A stretch of 44,992 nt of DNA from Candidatus Sericytochromatia bacterium (GTDB lineage: Bacteria; Cyanobacteriota; Sericytochromatia; S15B-MN24; JAQBPE01): NCBI GenBank assembly GCA_040400605.1, contig JBBAPZ010000023.1, forward strand, positions 1 through 44,992, in the 5' to 3' direction. Below the pieces are notes generated by a model. That model did not search any database, had not been told where the DNA came from, and saw nothing but the letters and a program-made list of their open reading frames with translations. Every line of letters starts with the position of its first letter. Position 1 is the first letter of the stretch. This document shows, piece after piece, positions 10,170 to 19,483 of this stretch. Both the position numbers and the translations under genes were made by a program.

Positions 10170-11327
10170 ATGTCTGATTGGCCGGATGGGCTGGTGTCAT
10201 TCAGTCAGCTCTTGACGGATGCGATGAAGCTGAAGCAGATGGACTATCGCACCTTGGGCAAGCTTGTGGGTGTGTCGCATGGGTATTTGTGGCAGTTGGT
10301 GAATGCGGACAAGCGGGCCATCAATGATCCGTCGCAAAAGCGCAAGCGTCCGAATGAGGAATTGACGCGCAAGCTGGCGGCCGTTTTGGAGATTGATGAG
10401 CTGGCGTTGTTGCGATCCGCAGGGTTTCAGGATGCGCAGTTGGAGTTGGCGCCGACGGGTCCGACGCGTTACACGAATTATGCGACGACGGCGAGGCAGT
10501 TGTATCAAGATGGCTTGCAGGCCAGTGCCAAGGGGCATACGGAGCGTGCGATCGCCCTGATTGAAGCGGCGTTGTCGCGGGGGGGCGTGTCCTTTGTGAA
10601 TGGGCACGCGGGGTTGGCGATGGCGCATTATCAGGCGGGGAATGATGGGGCGGCCATCAAGGAGTTTGATGCCGCGTTGGCGGTGTATGAACAAGAGGCT
10701 GAGAAGGCGGCGATTGAGCAGGGTGACCTCCACTACAACCGGGGTTTGGCCTACCAACGGTTGGCGCGTACCCTGCGTGGTAAAGAGCAGGTTCGGGCGC
10801 GCAGGCGTGCGGCGGGTGATTTTCGCACGGCGATTGCGATGGAAGGGGCGTCGCAGGATTTGTATCACAGCGCGCTGTGTTATTTGTGGCTGGAAACGGA
10901 CCATCCACGGCGCATTTTGCCGTATGCCCGTTCCTTTTTGCATCGGCAGGCGGTGGGTCCGACGCGGCATACCACGGCGGCTTTGGATATCAACCTGTTT
11001 TATGCGTATGCGGTATCGGCACTGGGGCTTCCGGGCGGCGGGATGGCGTTGGTTGATTTGAGTTTGCAGTTGTGTCCCAATTACTGGTTTGCGCAGTATG
11101 TCAAAGCAGCTTTGCTGGCGCGTCAGACTGGCACGCACCCGCGGTTGAAGCGGGCGAGCCTGAATGCGGGGGTGCTGCATATGCGCCGGGCGATCGCGCT
11201 TTACCCGGCCTGCGCGGAGCATTTTCGCGCCGAACGTGAGGGCGATTTCAAGGCTTGGGGGACTGAACCCGAATTTGAAGCAGTCTTGGCCCAAGCAGAC
11301 ACGTCGACTCGTGATCACGTGTCATAG
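10170..11327 (+). CDS. XRE-type HTH regulator with C-terminal TPRs
   Basis: N-terminal MDYRTLGKLVGVSHGYLWQLVN ... RPNEELTRKLAAVL ... LLRSAG. TPR motifs GHAGLAMAHYQAG..AIKEFDAAL and HYNRGLAY. Confidence 0.8.
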   Translation: MSDWPDGLVSFSQLLTDAMKLKQMDYRTLGKLVGVSHGYLWQLVNADKRAINDPSQKRKRPNEELTRKLAAVLEIDELALLRSAGFQDAQLELAPTGPTRYTNYATTARQLYQDGLQASAKGHTERAIALIEAALSRGGVSFVNGHAGLAMAHYQAGNDGAAIKEFDAALAVYEQEAEKAAIEQGDLHYNRGLAYQRLARTLRGKEQVRARRRAAGDFRTAIAMEGASQDLYHSALCYLWLETDHPRRILPYARSFLHRQAVGPTRHTTAALDINLFYAYAVSALGLPGGGMALVDLSLQLCPNYWFAQYVKAALLARQTGTHPRLKRASLNAGVLHMRRAIALYPACAEHFRAEREGDFKAWGTEPEFEAVLAQADTSTRDHVS

Positions 11328-11336
11328 GACGCTTGA

Positions 11337-12581
11337 TTAACCCGTAGCGGACCCAGACCTGTTTTGTTTGAAGCCTTCGAGGAAGGCTTCTTTGAAGGCA
11401 AAAAAACTGCCATCGAGGATGCTTGAGCGGATCCGCCTGACCAAGTGCACGATAAAATGCAAATTATGAATCGAGGCAAGGCGATAGAAGAGCAGTTCAT
11501 CCGCCAAAAAAAGGTGCCGGAGATAGCCCCGTGTGTGGTATTGGCAGGTATGACAGGCGCAGCCGTTTTCGATGGGCCCCTGGTCGTGGCGGAAACGCGC
11601 ATTGCGGATGTTGATTTTACCCGCGTGGGTGTAGAGTGCGCCGTGGCGCGCAATACGGGTGGGGGCGACACAATCGAACATATCCGCGCCACGTTCGATA
11701 CATTCAAAGAGGTCTTCGGGTTCACCGATTCCAAGCAGGTGACGCGGTTTATCTTCATCCAGCAACGGGCACACCCACTCCAAGATTTGGTGCATGTCCG
11801 CTTTTGATGTACCGAGTGAGCCGCCGATCGCAAAACCCTCAAAACCAAGCCCATTCATATACTGCGCACTTTCAAGGCGCAGGCTCTCATAGGCACCGCC
11901 TTGCACAATTCCAAACAATGCCTGATGCGGATTGGTTTTAGCTTCAAGCGATGCCTGGGCCCAGCGATGGGTGCGCCTGAGGGCCTCTTGCGTATACGCG
12001 TAACTGGACAATGGCGATGTGCACTCATCAAAGGCCAAGATGATGTCAGCCCCCAATTTTTGCTGGATATCAATCGAAATGGCCGGTGTGAAGCGGTGTT
12101 GACTGCCGTCGATATGCGAACGAAACGTCACCCCATCCTCATCCACACGACAAAGCATCGGATTCGCTTTGGACTGCGCCGGTGCACGCTGCGGCCCCTT
12201 CGCGTGAGGTGTCCCCGACTCCTCTGGGAAAATTTTCGCAATCTTACCAACCCCATGGGCCATTCCAAACCCCAGACTGAACACCTGAAATCCGCCGCTG
12301 TCCGTCAAAAATGGCTTGCGCCAGCCGGAAAAGCCATGCAAACCACCAAATTCAGCCACCAATTCAGCGCCTGGACGCATATAAAGGTGATACGCGTTGC
12401 CCAAGATGATTTGCGCTCCAATCGCATCCAAATCCTCGGGCGTCAAAGCCTTGACCGTGGCCTTGGTACCCACCGGCATGAAAACCGGCGTTTCCACCAC
12501 ACCATGCGGCAGCGTCACACGGCCGGCACGGGCCAAAGAATTGGGAAGGCGTTTTTCAATTTCAAAGTGCAAGGCACCCAT
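11337..12581 (-). CDS. tgt: tRNA-guanine transglycosylase
   Basis: ETPVFMPVGT, TDSGGFQVFSL, AFDECT, GIVQGG, RHLLGIG, DMFDCV and Zn site CACHTC...HN. Likely start is MGALHF at 12581. Confidence 0.97.
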   Translation of the reverse strand: MGALHFEIEKRLPNSLARAGRVTLPHGVVETPVFMPVGTKATVKALTPEDLDAIGAQIILGNAYHLYMRPGAELVAEFGGLHGFSGWRKPFLTDSGGFQVFSLGFGMAHGVGKIAKIFPEESGTPHAKGPQRAPAQSKANPMLCRVDEDGVTFRSHIDGSQHRFTPAISIDIQQKLGADIILAFDECTSPLSSYAYTQEALRRTHRWAQASLEAKTNPHQALFGIVQGGAYESLRLESAQYMNGLGFEGFAIGGSLGTSKADMHQILEWVCPLLDEDKPRHLLGIGEPEDLFECIERGADMFDCVAPTRIARHGALYTHAGKINIRNARFRHDQGPIENGCACHTCQYHTRGYLRHLFLADELLFYRLASIHNLHFIVHLVRRIRSSILDGSFFAFKEAFLEGFKQNRSGSATG

Positions 12582-12612
12582 TGTCTTACTTTCTTGGGTT
12601 AAGGGGTGTACA

Positions 12613-13587
12613 TCAATACGCACTCGTGCGCGTGAGGTGATAAGGACGGGCCACGCCACCTAGCGTGAGCCCTTGTTCCCACAGCAGCCAATCCACCTGG
12701 ACCGCATTGAGTGAACAGCCTTGCGCCGCGAGGGCGTTTCTGAGCAATTCCACCGCGTGGATGGTCACTGCACGAATCTCAAGCTCCTCGACACCGTGGC
12801 GTTCAAGCGGGATGTGGTTCGCCAACTTGTCACCCAACGCCTGAGCATACCGGATGATGCCAAGATGTTCCAAAACCTGCGGCACCTTGTAATCAGCAAA
12901 CGCCGTGAGTTCATGGATGTCGTCAAATCGACCTGGTCCTATCCCGCCGAAGGCACCGTAAAGATCGGCAGGCAGTATTTGGGCGCGCTTGTACAAACGA
13001 ATCAGACGACCGCGATAGGGCGTGACATCATCAAAAACCGCAAAGTCACGCAAAATCCGTCGCACCAGTGCGACGGCACTGTGCTGGCACGCGTGGATGG
13101 CGTGCACGAATTCACCCTGATAACGCGCAAGCAAGGTACGTCCAAGGTGGTTCAGATGCGCCAGTCGTGTCTCCAGCAAGGGAATGTCGCCCTCACCGCG
13201 CAAAATCTGCTGCAATTCGCCGATGGTGCAACTCGCCATAAACTGCGCATCGTAAATGGGACAATCTTCTTCGATAGCGCGCTTGAGCGCCGCAGCCAAA
13301 GCCCAATACCCTCGCAGCGTTTGTCCTCGATATGTGATGGTCCAACGTGGCTCGCCCCAGAAACTGAAATTCAACCCATCCAGCACAAGCAGGTAATTGG
13401 CGGTTTTCCACGTTCCATCCGTGAAATGGAGCGCCGCGTTCCACGCAGGAACCTGAACGGAGCCGGCCGCCAGTGCAGTGGCCACGGCATCAAGGGCAAC
13501 GGGGTCAATCAGAACATGCTGCGCCTGTTCGGCGACGTAGGCGGCGTCTTCACGCACGCCCAGTGTGTCCGGGGTTGATGATGGCAC
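12613..13587 (-). CDS. qng1: Queuosine salvage protein (DUF2419 / Qng1, queuosine 5'-phosphate N-glycosylase/hydrolase)
   Basis: LVLDGLNFSFW, GYWALAAALKRA, YKRAQIL..DL, LTAFADYKVPQVL, ELEIRA, VDWLLW and C-terminal YHLTRTSAY. It lies 31 bp upstream of tgt. Confidence 0.92.
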   Translation of the reverse strand: MPSSTPDTLGVREDAAYVAEQAQHVLIDPVALDAVATALAAGSVQVPAWNAALHFTDGTWKTANYLLVLDGLNFSFWGEPRWTITYRGQTLRGYWALAAALKRAIEEDCPIYDAQFMASCTIGELQQILRGEGDIPLLETRLAHLNHLGRTLLARYQGEFVHAIHACQHSAVALVRRILRDFAVFDDVTPYRGRLIRLYKRAQILPADLYGAFGGIGPGRFDDIHELTAFADYKVPQVLEHLGIIRYAQALGDKLANHIPLERHGVEELEIRAVTIHAVELLRNALAAQGCSLNAVQVDWLLWEQGLTLGGVARPYHLTRTSAY

Positions 13588-14204
13588 AGTGGTTTCCTCG
13601 CTTGGCGTCGGGCGAAGCGCCCGTCTTTATGATAACACGGACATTCTTGGGGGACTGCGGATGCGTCCTTGAATCGAGAATCCGTTGCCGGATGTTCTTT
13701 AAGCCCTTCGATGACACAATGCATTTCGTCATCTTGGGCATCGGCCTCGTCATCCTGACGGTTCGAACCGATGCGTGGCGTCTGCGCGGTGAAACTGCCT
13801 GTTTTGCGTATGGCATGCCAACCATCAGATTGCCTGATTGTTTGTTGTAACTTTTTAACATTCGGCGGCCGGTGGCACGATGACGTGGTCTTTTTGCGTC
13901 ATGATGGTGCCGGAAACAGGCAGCCCGATTGGTCAATCTGATGGTTCCGCATGGCGTGTGACTGACACTTTTTATCATGAACCGGGTATACTAAAAGGCG
14001 GTGTCAGTCATCCAAGCGGTTACGGGCGCTTGTGTGGGCCGGTTGCCTGAACCTTGGCGGCGTCTTTGGGATGTGGCACGGTGGTTTTTTGTCAGACGGC
14101 GCTAACCCGCGGTCGGCGTATGCTTGAATGGGAGATCACGTGGAGGTTCAGGGGTTTTTATCCGGGGTTAGTGGGTATTTCGGGCACGTCGTCAGTCGCT
14201 GTTT

Positions 14205-14633
14205 TTGATCGGCGACCTTGAGGTAAGGCGAGACTTGAGTGGGGTGAGCGTGGCCGCTAAGCGTCGAGATGAAGTCGATTGGCCCGTTGTTTTTGGCAGC
14301 GCAACTTTGCTGCTTGTGTTGATTCTTGGTTTTCTTGCGGGTGTGCCGCTGCAAGCGGTTGTGATTCGGGCGCTTTTGGCGGCCTTTGTGGGGGTGTTGA
14401 TCGGCCTTTTGGTGAGTGAGGCTGCGAGGGGTTTTAAACATTTGGCCGAGCAGCCCGCGACGGGGCGTCACGTTGATTGGGTGATTGCGGATGATCTGCC
14501 AGAAGGTGCTGAGCCGTTTGATGCTCCTGTCGTCACGCAGGAGCGTACCGTACCGCAGGCGGCGGGTGACGGGTTTACGCCCATTGATTTCAAGCATCAG
14601 GCGCCGCAGGTGCGGAGCATGAAGTCGGAATGA
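14205..14633 (+). CDS. Hypothetical two-TM membrane protein upstream of sigma-28
   Basis: Two hydrophobic helices and a polar tail ending FTPIDF. The true start may be a GTG near 14244-14250. Confidence 0.7.
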   Translation: MIGDLEVRRDLSGVSVAAKRRDEVDWPVVFGSATLLLVLILGFLAGVPLQAVVIRALLAAFVGVLIGLLVSEAARGFKHLAEQPATGRHVDWVIADDLPEGAEPFDAPVVTQERTVPQAAGDGFTPIDFKHQAPQVRSMKSE

Positions 14634-14687
14634 CGGCTTGTGAGCGGGTGTGGGGTTGAACAGGCGAGCGAGCGACGGGTGGGTGTG

Positions 14688-15443
14688 ATGGTGACGGCTG
14701 TGATCGATCTCTGGCAACGCTATACCCGAGCGCCCGACCCTGTCGTGCGCGAAAAACTGATCACGGCGTATCTGCCGTTGGTCAAGTATGTCGTAGGCCG
14801 CCTTGCCGTGACCCTGCCGCCCACAATCGAGGCGGATGACTTGCTCGGTTATGGCGTGATGGGGCTTATCGCGGCCATCGAGCGCTTCAATCCCGAACGT
14901 GGTATCAAATTTGAAACCTTCGCGACCAGCCGCATTCGCGGCGCCATCATTGATGAGCTGCGGGCGCAGGATTGGCTACCGCGTTCCTTGCGTCAAAAAG
15001 CCAAGGAGATGGAGAGCACGATTCGGCACCTGGAGAATCAATTGGGACGCACGGCAACGGATCAGGAACTGGCTCAGGCCTTTGGCGTGGGATTGGACCA
15101 GCTTCCCAAAAGCTTGCAGGAAATCGTCGCGCCGGTGCTTTCATTAGATGAACTGGTGTCGTTGAGTGAAGATGGACAAAAGATTTCCTGGCTGGACACG
15201 TTGACTGACGAGCGCCTTGGTCCTGCTGCTACCCAAGACCATGAAGCGATGCTGGATGTTCTGGGTCAGGCCATTGATCAGTTGCCAGAGCGTGAAAAAA
15301 CCTTGGTAGCACTTTATTATCACGAGGGTTTGACCCTGAAAGAAATCGGCGCCGTTTTATCCGTCACCGAAAGTCGGGTCTGTCAGCTTCATGCGCAGGC
15401 GATGGCCCGCCTGCGCACGCGCATCAACGGTTTGCTTGGTTAA
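14688..15443 (+). CDS. fliA: RNA polymerase sigma factor, FliA/WhiG (sigma-28) family
   Basis: YLPLVKYVVGRL, GIKFETFA..RIRGAIIDELRAQDWLPRS and LYYHEGLTLKEIG.VL.VTESRVCQLH. The ORF is open to 14640. Confidence 0.93.
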   Translation: MVTAVIDLWQRYTRAPDPVVREKLITAYLPLVKYVVGRLAVTLPPTIEADDLLGYGVMGLIAAIERFNPERGIKFETFATSRIRGAIIDELRAQDWLPRSLRQKAKEMESTIRHLENQLGRTATDQELAQAFGVGLDQLPKSLQEIVAPVLSLDELVSLSEDGQKISWLDTLTDERLGPAATQDHEAMLDVLGQAIDQLPEREKTLVALYYHEGLTLKEIGAVLSVTESRVCQLHAQAMARLRTRINGLLG

Positions 15444-15468
15444 ACCTGTCGTTGGGCTTTGTGTCTGG

Positions 15469-16335
15469 TTAGCGCGGCCGGATGCGTTCATTGGCTTGGG
15501 TTCGGAACGTGCCGATGCGCGCGACGAATTCGGGGTGGTCGATATAAGGGTTGCGATTGCCCTGGACGTTGTAGACCATCGCATTGCGCGCCTTATCTTC
15601 CAAATTGACCGGATCCTCGATGTGCCAACGTTTGATGACATCTTCTTCAACCTTGAAATTGGTTACGTTGAGCGCGGCGGATGCACCGTACACGGTGTAG
15701 AAGTACAGCAAGGCGCGTGCCGTGTTGCCTTTTTGCTCCACACGCGGTTGAAACACCCGCTTGCCCCAGCCATCGAGGCCTAGCACGCTGCCGCCTCCAG
15801 TCCATTCTACTTTTTTGACTTCGCCGAAAGGTAGTGATCCACGCAAACCGTTGGTGCGGATATCGGCTGGGAAAAGATGATGCAAATCAGAACGCGCCGA
15901 TCCTTCGGCGCCCAAACTCTGCGGCCACGTGTGCTCGGCGTTCAAACCACCGCCATTGCGATAGGCACTCGACCGATTTGATACGTTCTCGAGTGACCGG
16001 CCAATGTAAACACAGCGCACCACATCGTCATTATCAATGTCGTCCACCTCGCCGAACATCAAGTCCCGCGCCTGGTCATAACCAACATCTGTATGCCGGG
16101 CTACAATGCGATTCAGGGCCATCAAGAGCTCCCGCCCCGACAAACCATCCGCCGCATCATAATACGAATCCGCAAAGGGGCGCACTGTCACCCGCTTGGG
16201 CCCGAGCGTCGCCTTTTTGCCTGACGCAGTCGCGAAGACGTCGGACAGCCTCACGCCGGACTGTGCCTGGCCACACGCTGTGATCAGCGCGGTCATCGCC
16301 GCAATTACACCCAACCGGACCGCCTGATATCGCAT
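15469..16335 (-). CDS. Extracellular endonuclease I family (His-Me) nuclease, lipoprotein
   Basis: Lipobox ITAC. NAEHTWPQS, DLHHLFP, N..RGSLPFG, KGNTARALLYF and QGNRNPYIDHPE. Confidence 0.92.
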   Translation of the reverse strand: MRYQAVRLGVIAAMTALITACGQAQSGVRLSDVFATASGKKATLGPKRVTVRPFADSYYDAADGLSGRELLMALNRIVARHTDVGYDQARDLMFGEVDDIDNDDVVRCVYIGRSLENVSNRSSAYRNGGGLNAEHTWPQSLGAEGSARSDLHHLFPADIRTNGLRGSLPFGEVKKVEWTGGGSVLGLDGWGKRVFQPRVEQKGNTARALLYFYTVYGASAALNVTNFKVEEDVIKRWHIEDPVNLEDKARNAMVYNVQGNRNPYIDHPEFVARIGTFRTQANERIRPR

Positions 16336-16757
16336 CGACGCTCACCTCATCATCTTGCCACGACAACCTTAAACTTAAGTTAACATAGCTGAGTGTGGAG
16401 CGCAAGGCTTGAGCGGACTATTGAAAATATTGCACGTCACAGGCGTCCAGGCCCGGACGTTATTTTGTTCAAAGCGGATGGGCCTAGTGACGGTTCGAGG
16501 CGCCAGTGTGTTGTTGCAGGCTTCTTTTGGATCTGAATGTCGTAACGGGTGGCAATTGATTTCGTTGTTCGGCAGTGCCTGATTTGGCTGATGCGATCGC
16601 CACCTGAACACAACCGCGCTTCGTGTTGGATGAAGATCGTTCTGAATCAGAAAATTTAACGTCAATTAAAACTTAACGGTTCACAAAAGACTTGGCAAAC
16701 CACGCAACTGCTGTTACCTTTAAGCTAAGTTTAATCTGCTATTAAGGAGGCTGTGAC

Positions 16758-17501
16758 GTGAGAACCATCACCACCTGCGTGTCGGCGTTGATTCTGGTAG
16801 CGAGTTTGGCTGGCTGTGGGGCGCAAGGCCTGGGCAGTGCAGCCTCTGTGTCGCCACAAGTGGCGTCCGGGCTTGAGATCGATTCTGCGACCGGTTTGCG
16901 CAAGGCGTTCACCCGGATTCACAAGGCAATTTTCAATACGATGGACAAGGACAAGAACGGTTGGTTGGATGAGGCTGAGGTTGGTGGTCGCATGACTTTG
17001 CGGCAGTTCCAGTCTGCGGACAAGTCGCAGGGATGGGGGAGTGCCAATCGGTTGAGTCAGTCGGAGTTTGTCAATTGGGCGACAACGACGTTTTTGTGGT
17101 TCCGTCAGGATGCAGACAGTTTTGCAAATACGTTTCGGCAGGGTTTGTCGGGTGTGTTCCGTCGCTTGGATGAGAACCGGGATGGATTGTTGACGCCGAA
17201 GACGGAGTTGAGCAGCCGTGACTTGTCGAAGTTGCGTTTGCGTTTTGAGTATTCCAAATTGAAGATCAACGTTCCCATTCGCAAGGTTCCGGCGGACAAA
17301 GTGGCCGGTGTGGACAAGACGGGTGACGGCAAGTTGAGCCAGGCCGAGTTCGAGGATCTGTACCTTGAGATGGTCATTGCTGCCTTGGGCGGGGAGACGG
17401 CTGCGCCCCCGGCACCCCCGGCACCTCCAGCCCCTGCTGCGCCCGGCGCGCCGGTTGAGCCGGCTCCGGCCGAGCCGGCTGATCCCGGTGCCGGCATCTA
17501 G
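16758..17501 (+). CDS. EF-hand lipoprotein with Pro/Ala tail
   Basis: AAGGAGG RBS and lipobox LAGC. EF loops DKDKNGWLDEAE, DENRDGLLT and DKTGDGKLSQAE. Confidence 0.85.
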   Translation: MRTITTCVSALILVASLAGCGAQGLGSAASVSPQVASGLEIDSATGLRKAFTRIHKAIFNTMDKDKNGWLDEAEVGGRMTLRQFQSADKSQGWGSANRLSQSEFVNWATTTFLWFRQDADSFANTFRQGLSGVFRRLDENRDGLLTPKTELSSRDLSKLRLRFEYSKLKINVPIRKVPADKVAGVDKTGDGKLSQAEFEDLYLEMVIAALGGETAAPPAPPAPPAPAAPGAPVEPAPAEPADPGAGI

Positions 17502-17539
17502 CCCAACGGCTATACGGACTATATTTGCTTTCAGTGCTG

Positions 17540-17582
17540 CCAAGGGGGTATGAGTCACTCATACTCCCTTGGTTGGCGTTTT
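17540..17582 (+). terminator. Intrinsic terminator of the EF-hand gene
   Basis: CCAAGGGGGTATGAG-tca-CTCATACTCCCTTGG stem (one G-U pair), followed by T-rich sequence. Confidence 0.6.
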
Positions 17583-17773
17583 CGTCAGGCTCGTTTTTGA
17601 GCGCGCTTGAAAGTGGGTTGTTTTGCTCGTTTCGTTTGACTGTGTGGTCACGTGTTAGGGACTGTTGATGGATTTTTTTGTTGATGGGTGTCTGTGTTGG
17701 GGTGCGCGGTCAGGCATTGGGCATGTCATACTGAAGGGGAGAAGGGATAGCGAGGTCCCTGAAAGGAGCGAGC

Positions 17774-19138
17774 ATGGCGGCACCGTTTAAGGCATATGAT
17801 GTGCGGGGCATTTATGGTCAGGATGTGACCGAGGCGTTGGCATATCAGTTGGGTCGGGCGTATGTGACGTTTACGGGAGCAAAGACGGTGGTGGTGGGTC
17901 GGGATATGCGCCCGAGTTCCGGTCCTTTGTCGGCTGAGTTGATCCGCGGTTTGCGCGAGGCGGGCGCCCGGGTGATCAGCATCGGGATGGTGTCAACGGA
18001 CATGTTGTATTTCGCGGTGATCAATTTGGGGGTGGATGGTGGTGTTGTCGTGACGGCATCGCACAATCCCGGTGAGTACAATGGGTTCAAGTTCGTGCGC
18101 GAAAAAGCGATTCCGATGGGTTTGGAGAGTGGGTTGGCCGATCTCGAAGGGTTAATCACAAGCGACCAGTTGGGACCGCTTGCTCAGGCGCTGGGTGCCT
18201 ATGAAGAGCGCGAGGTGTTGGATGATTTTGTGGCTTGGATGCATGATTTCGTTGATCCAAGCAAGCTTAACCCGTTGACGGTCGTCATTGATGCCGGTAA
18301 CGGGATGGGCGGACCAATCATGGAACGTCTGTTTGCTAATAGCCCTGTGAAAGTGGTGCCGCTCTTTTTCGAACCGGATGGAACTTTCCCCAATCACGAG
18401 GCGAATCCATTATTGGAAGAAAATCGGCGCGACCTGGTGGCCAAGGTGGTTGAGGTGGGAGCTGATCTCGGCATTGGGCTCGACGGCGACACCGACCGTG
18501 CATTTTTTGTTGATGGCAAGGGGCAATTCTGCGATGGCGATTTCATCCTTGGTTTGCTGGCCAAGCCGATTTTAAAGGCCAATCCTGGCGCCACGGTGAT
18601 CTACGATGTCCGTTGCAGCGATTATGTCCGTGATACGATTGCCGCGTTGGGCGGGCACGCCGAGATGTGGAAAGTCGGGCATGCCTATGCCAAGACACGC
18701 ATGCGCGAGTTGGATGCGACCTTCGGTGGCGAGGTGAGCGGCCATTATTATTTCAAGCATAAAGATGCCTATTTTGATTCCGGTAACTTGACGGCCTTGT
18801 TGTTACTGAAGACCTTGAGCGATGATGGCACCAGGCTGGAAGGTGCGATGGCGGAAACGAAGCGGTATCACATTTCCGGTGAAATAAACTCGCGGGTGGC
18901 TGACCCGGACGCCATCATGACGGCCATCAAGACCCGTTACGCCGAAGAAGGGCGTGTGCTCGAAATTGATGGGTTATCCGTCATATCCGACGCGTGGTGG
19001 TTTAACATTCGCAAGAGCAACACGGAACCATTGTTGCGGCTGAATTGCGAAGCCAAAACCCGTGAACAGATGGAAGCCTTGCGAGACGCTTTGCTCGCGC
19101 AGATTCGTCAGGTTCAGACTTCGCCTTCTCTCGCTTGA
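17774..19138 (+). CDS. Phosphomannomutase/phosphoglucomutase
   Basis: FKAYDVRG, TASHNP phosphoserine motif, DGDTDR metal loop, GGEVSGH and RKSNTEP. Confidence 0.95.
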   Translation: MAAPFKAYDVRGIYGQDVTEALAYQLGRAYVTFTGAKTVVVGRDMRPSSGPLSAELIRGLREAGARVISIGMVSTDMLYFAVINLGVDGGVVVTASHNPGEYNGFKFVREKAIPMGLESGLADLEGLITSDQLGPLAQALGAYEEREVLDDFVAWMHDFVDPSKLNPLTVVIDAGNGMGGPIMERLFANSPVKVVPLFFEPDGTFPNHEANPLLEENRRDLVAKVVEVGADLGIGLDGDTDRAFFVDGKGQFCDGDFILGLLAKPILKANPGATVIYDVRCSDYVRDTIAALGGHAEMWKVGHAYAKTRMRELDATFGGEVSGHYYFKHKDAYFDSGNLTALLLLKTLSDDGTRLEGAMAETKRYHISGEINSRVADPDAIMTAIKTRYAEEGRVLEIDGLSVISDAWWFNIRKSNTEPLLRLNCEAKTREQMEALRDALLAQIRQVQTSPSLA

Positions 19139-19483
19139 AGCCAGAACGATACAAAACGCATTGATTGTTGAGCACGTTTTCAGCTGGTATTGAATGTCAG
19201 CGCGTGGATGATTGATGTTTTTGAATCTGCCACACAAGTTTTGGGCTGCAATCGATGCGTCACTGTTTTGGGAGCTTTTGACGGTACCTGGTTTGGGCGT
19301 TTCCGATTTCAGCGATAATCAACCCTGTGAGACAGCCCGGTTGGCGTGACATCGGGTTAGAAGGGCGTGTGGCAAAACGCGGTCGTTTTTTCCAAGTGCA
19401 TCGCTCGTGATGACAAACGAAGACGGGGCAAACAGGATTAGCACGCCCGCGAATCGGGTTCACGGGTGGCTCCCCGGTCGCAG

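Noticed and set aside
10197..11318. Long antisense ORFs (also 6478-7209, 12721-13578, 16731-17558, 28142-29194, 38049-39167)
   Set aside because: These are shadow frames of well-supported genes in GC-rich DNA.
13588..13800. Hairpins upstream of qng1 as a possible preQ1/queuine riboswitch or tRNA (GGTTCGAACC)
   Set aside because: There is no preQ1 consensus and no cloverleaf. An extended -10-like TGTTATCAT about 40 nt before the start suggests a short leader.
17390..17498. Short GC-rich tandem-like repeats
   Set aside because: They encode the Pro/Ala tail of the EF-hand protein and are not an independent repeat array.
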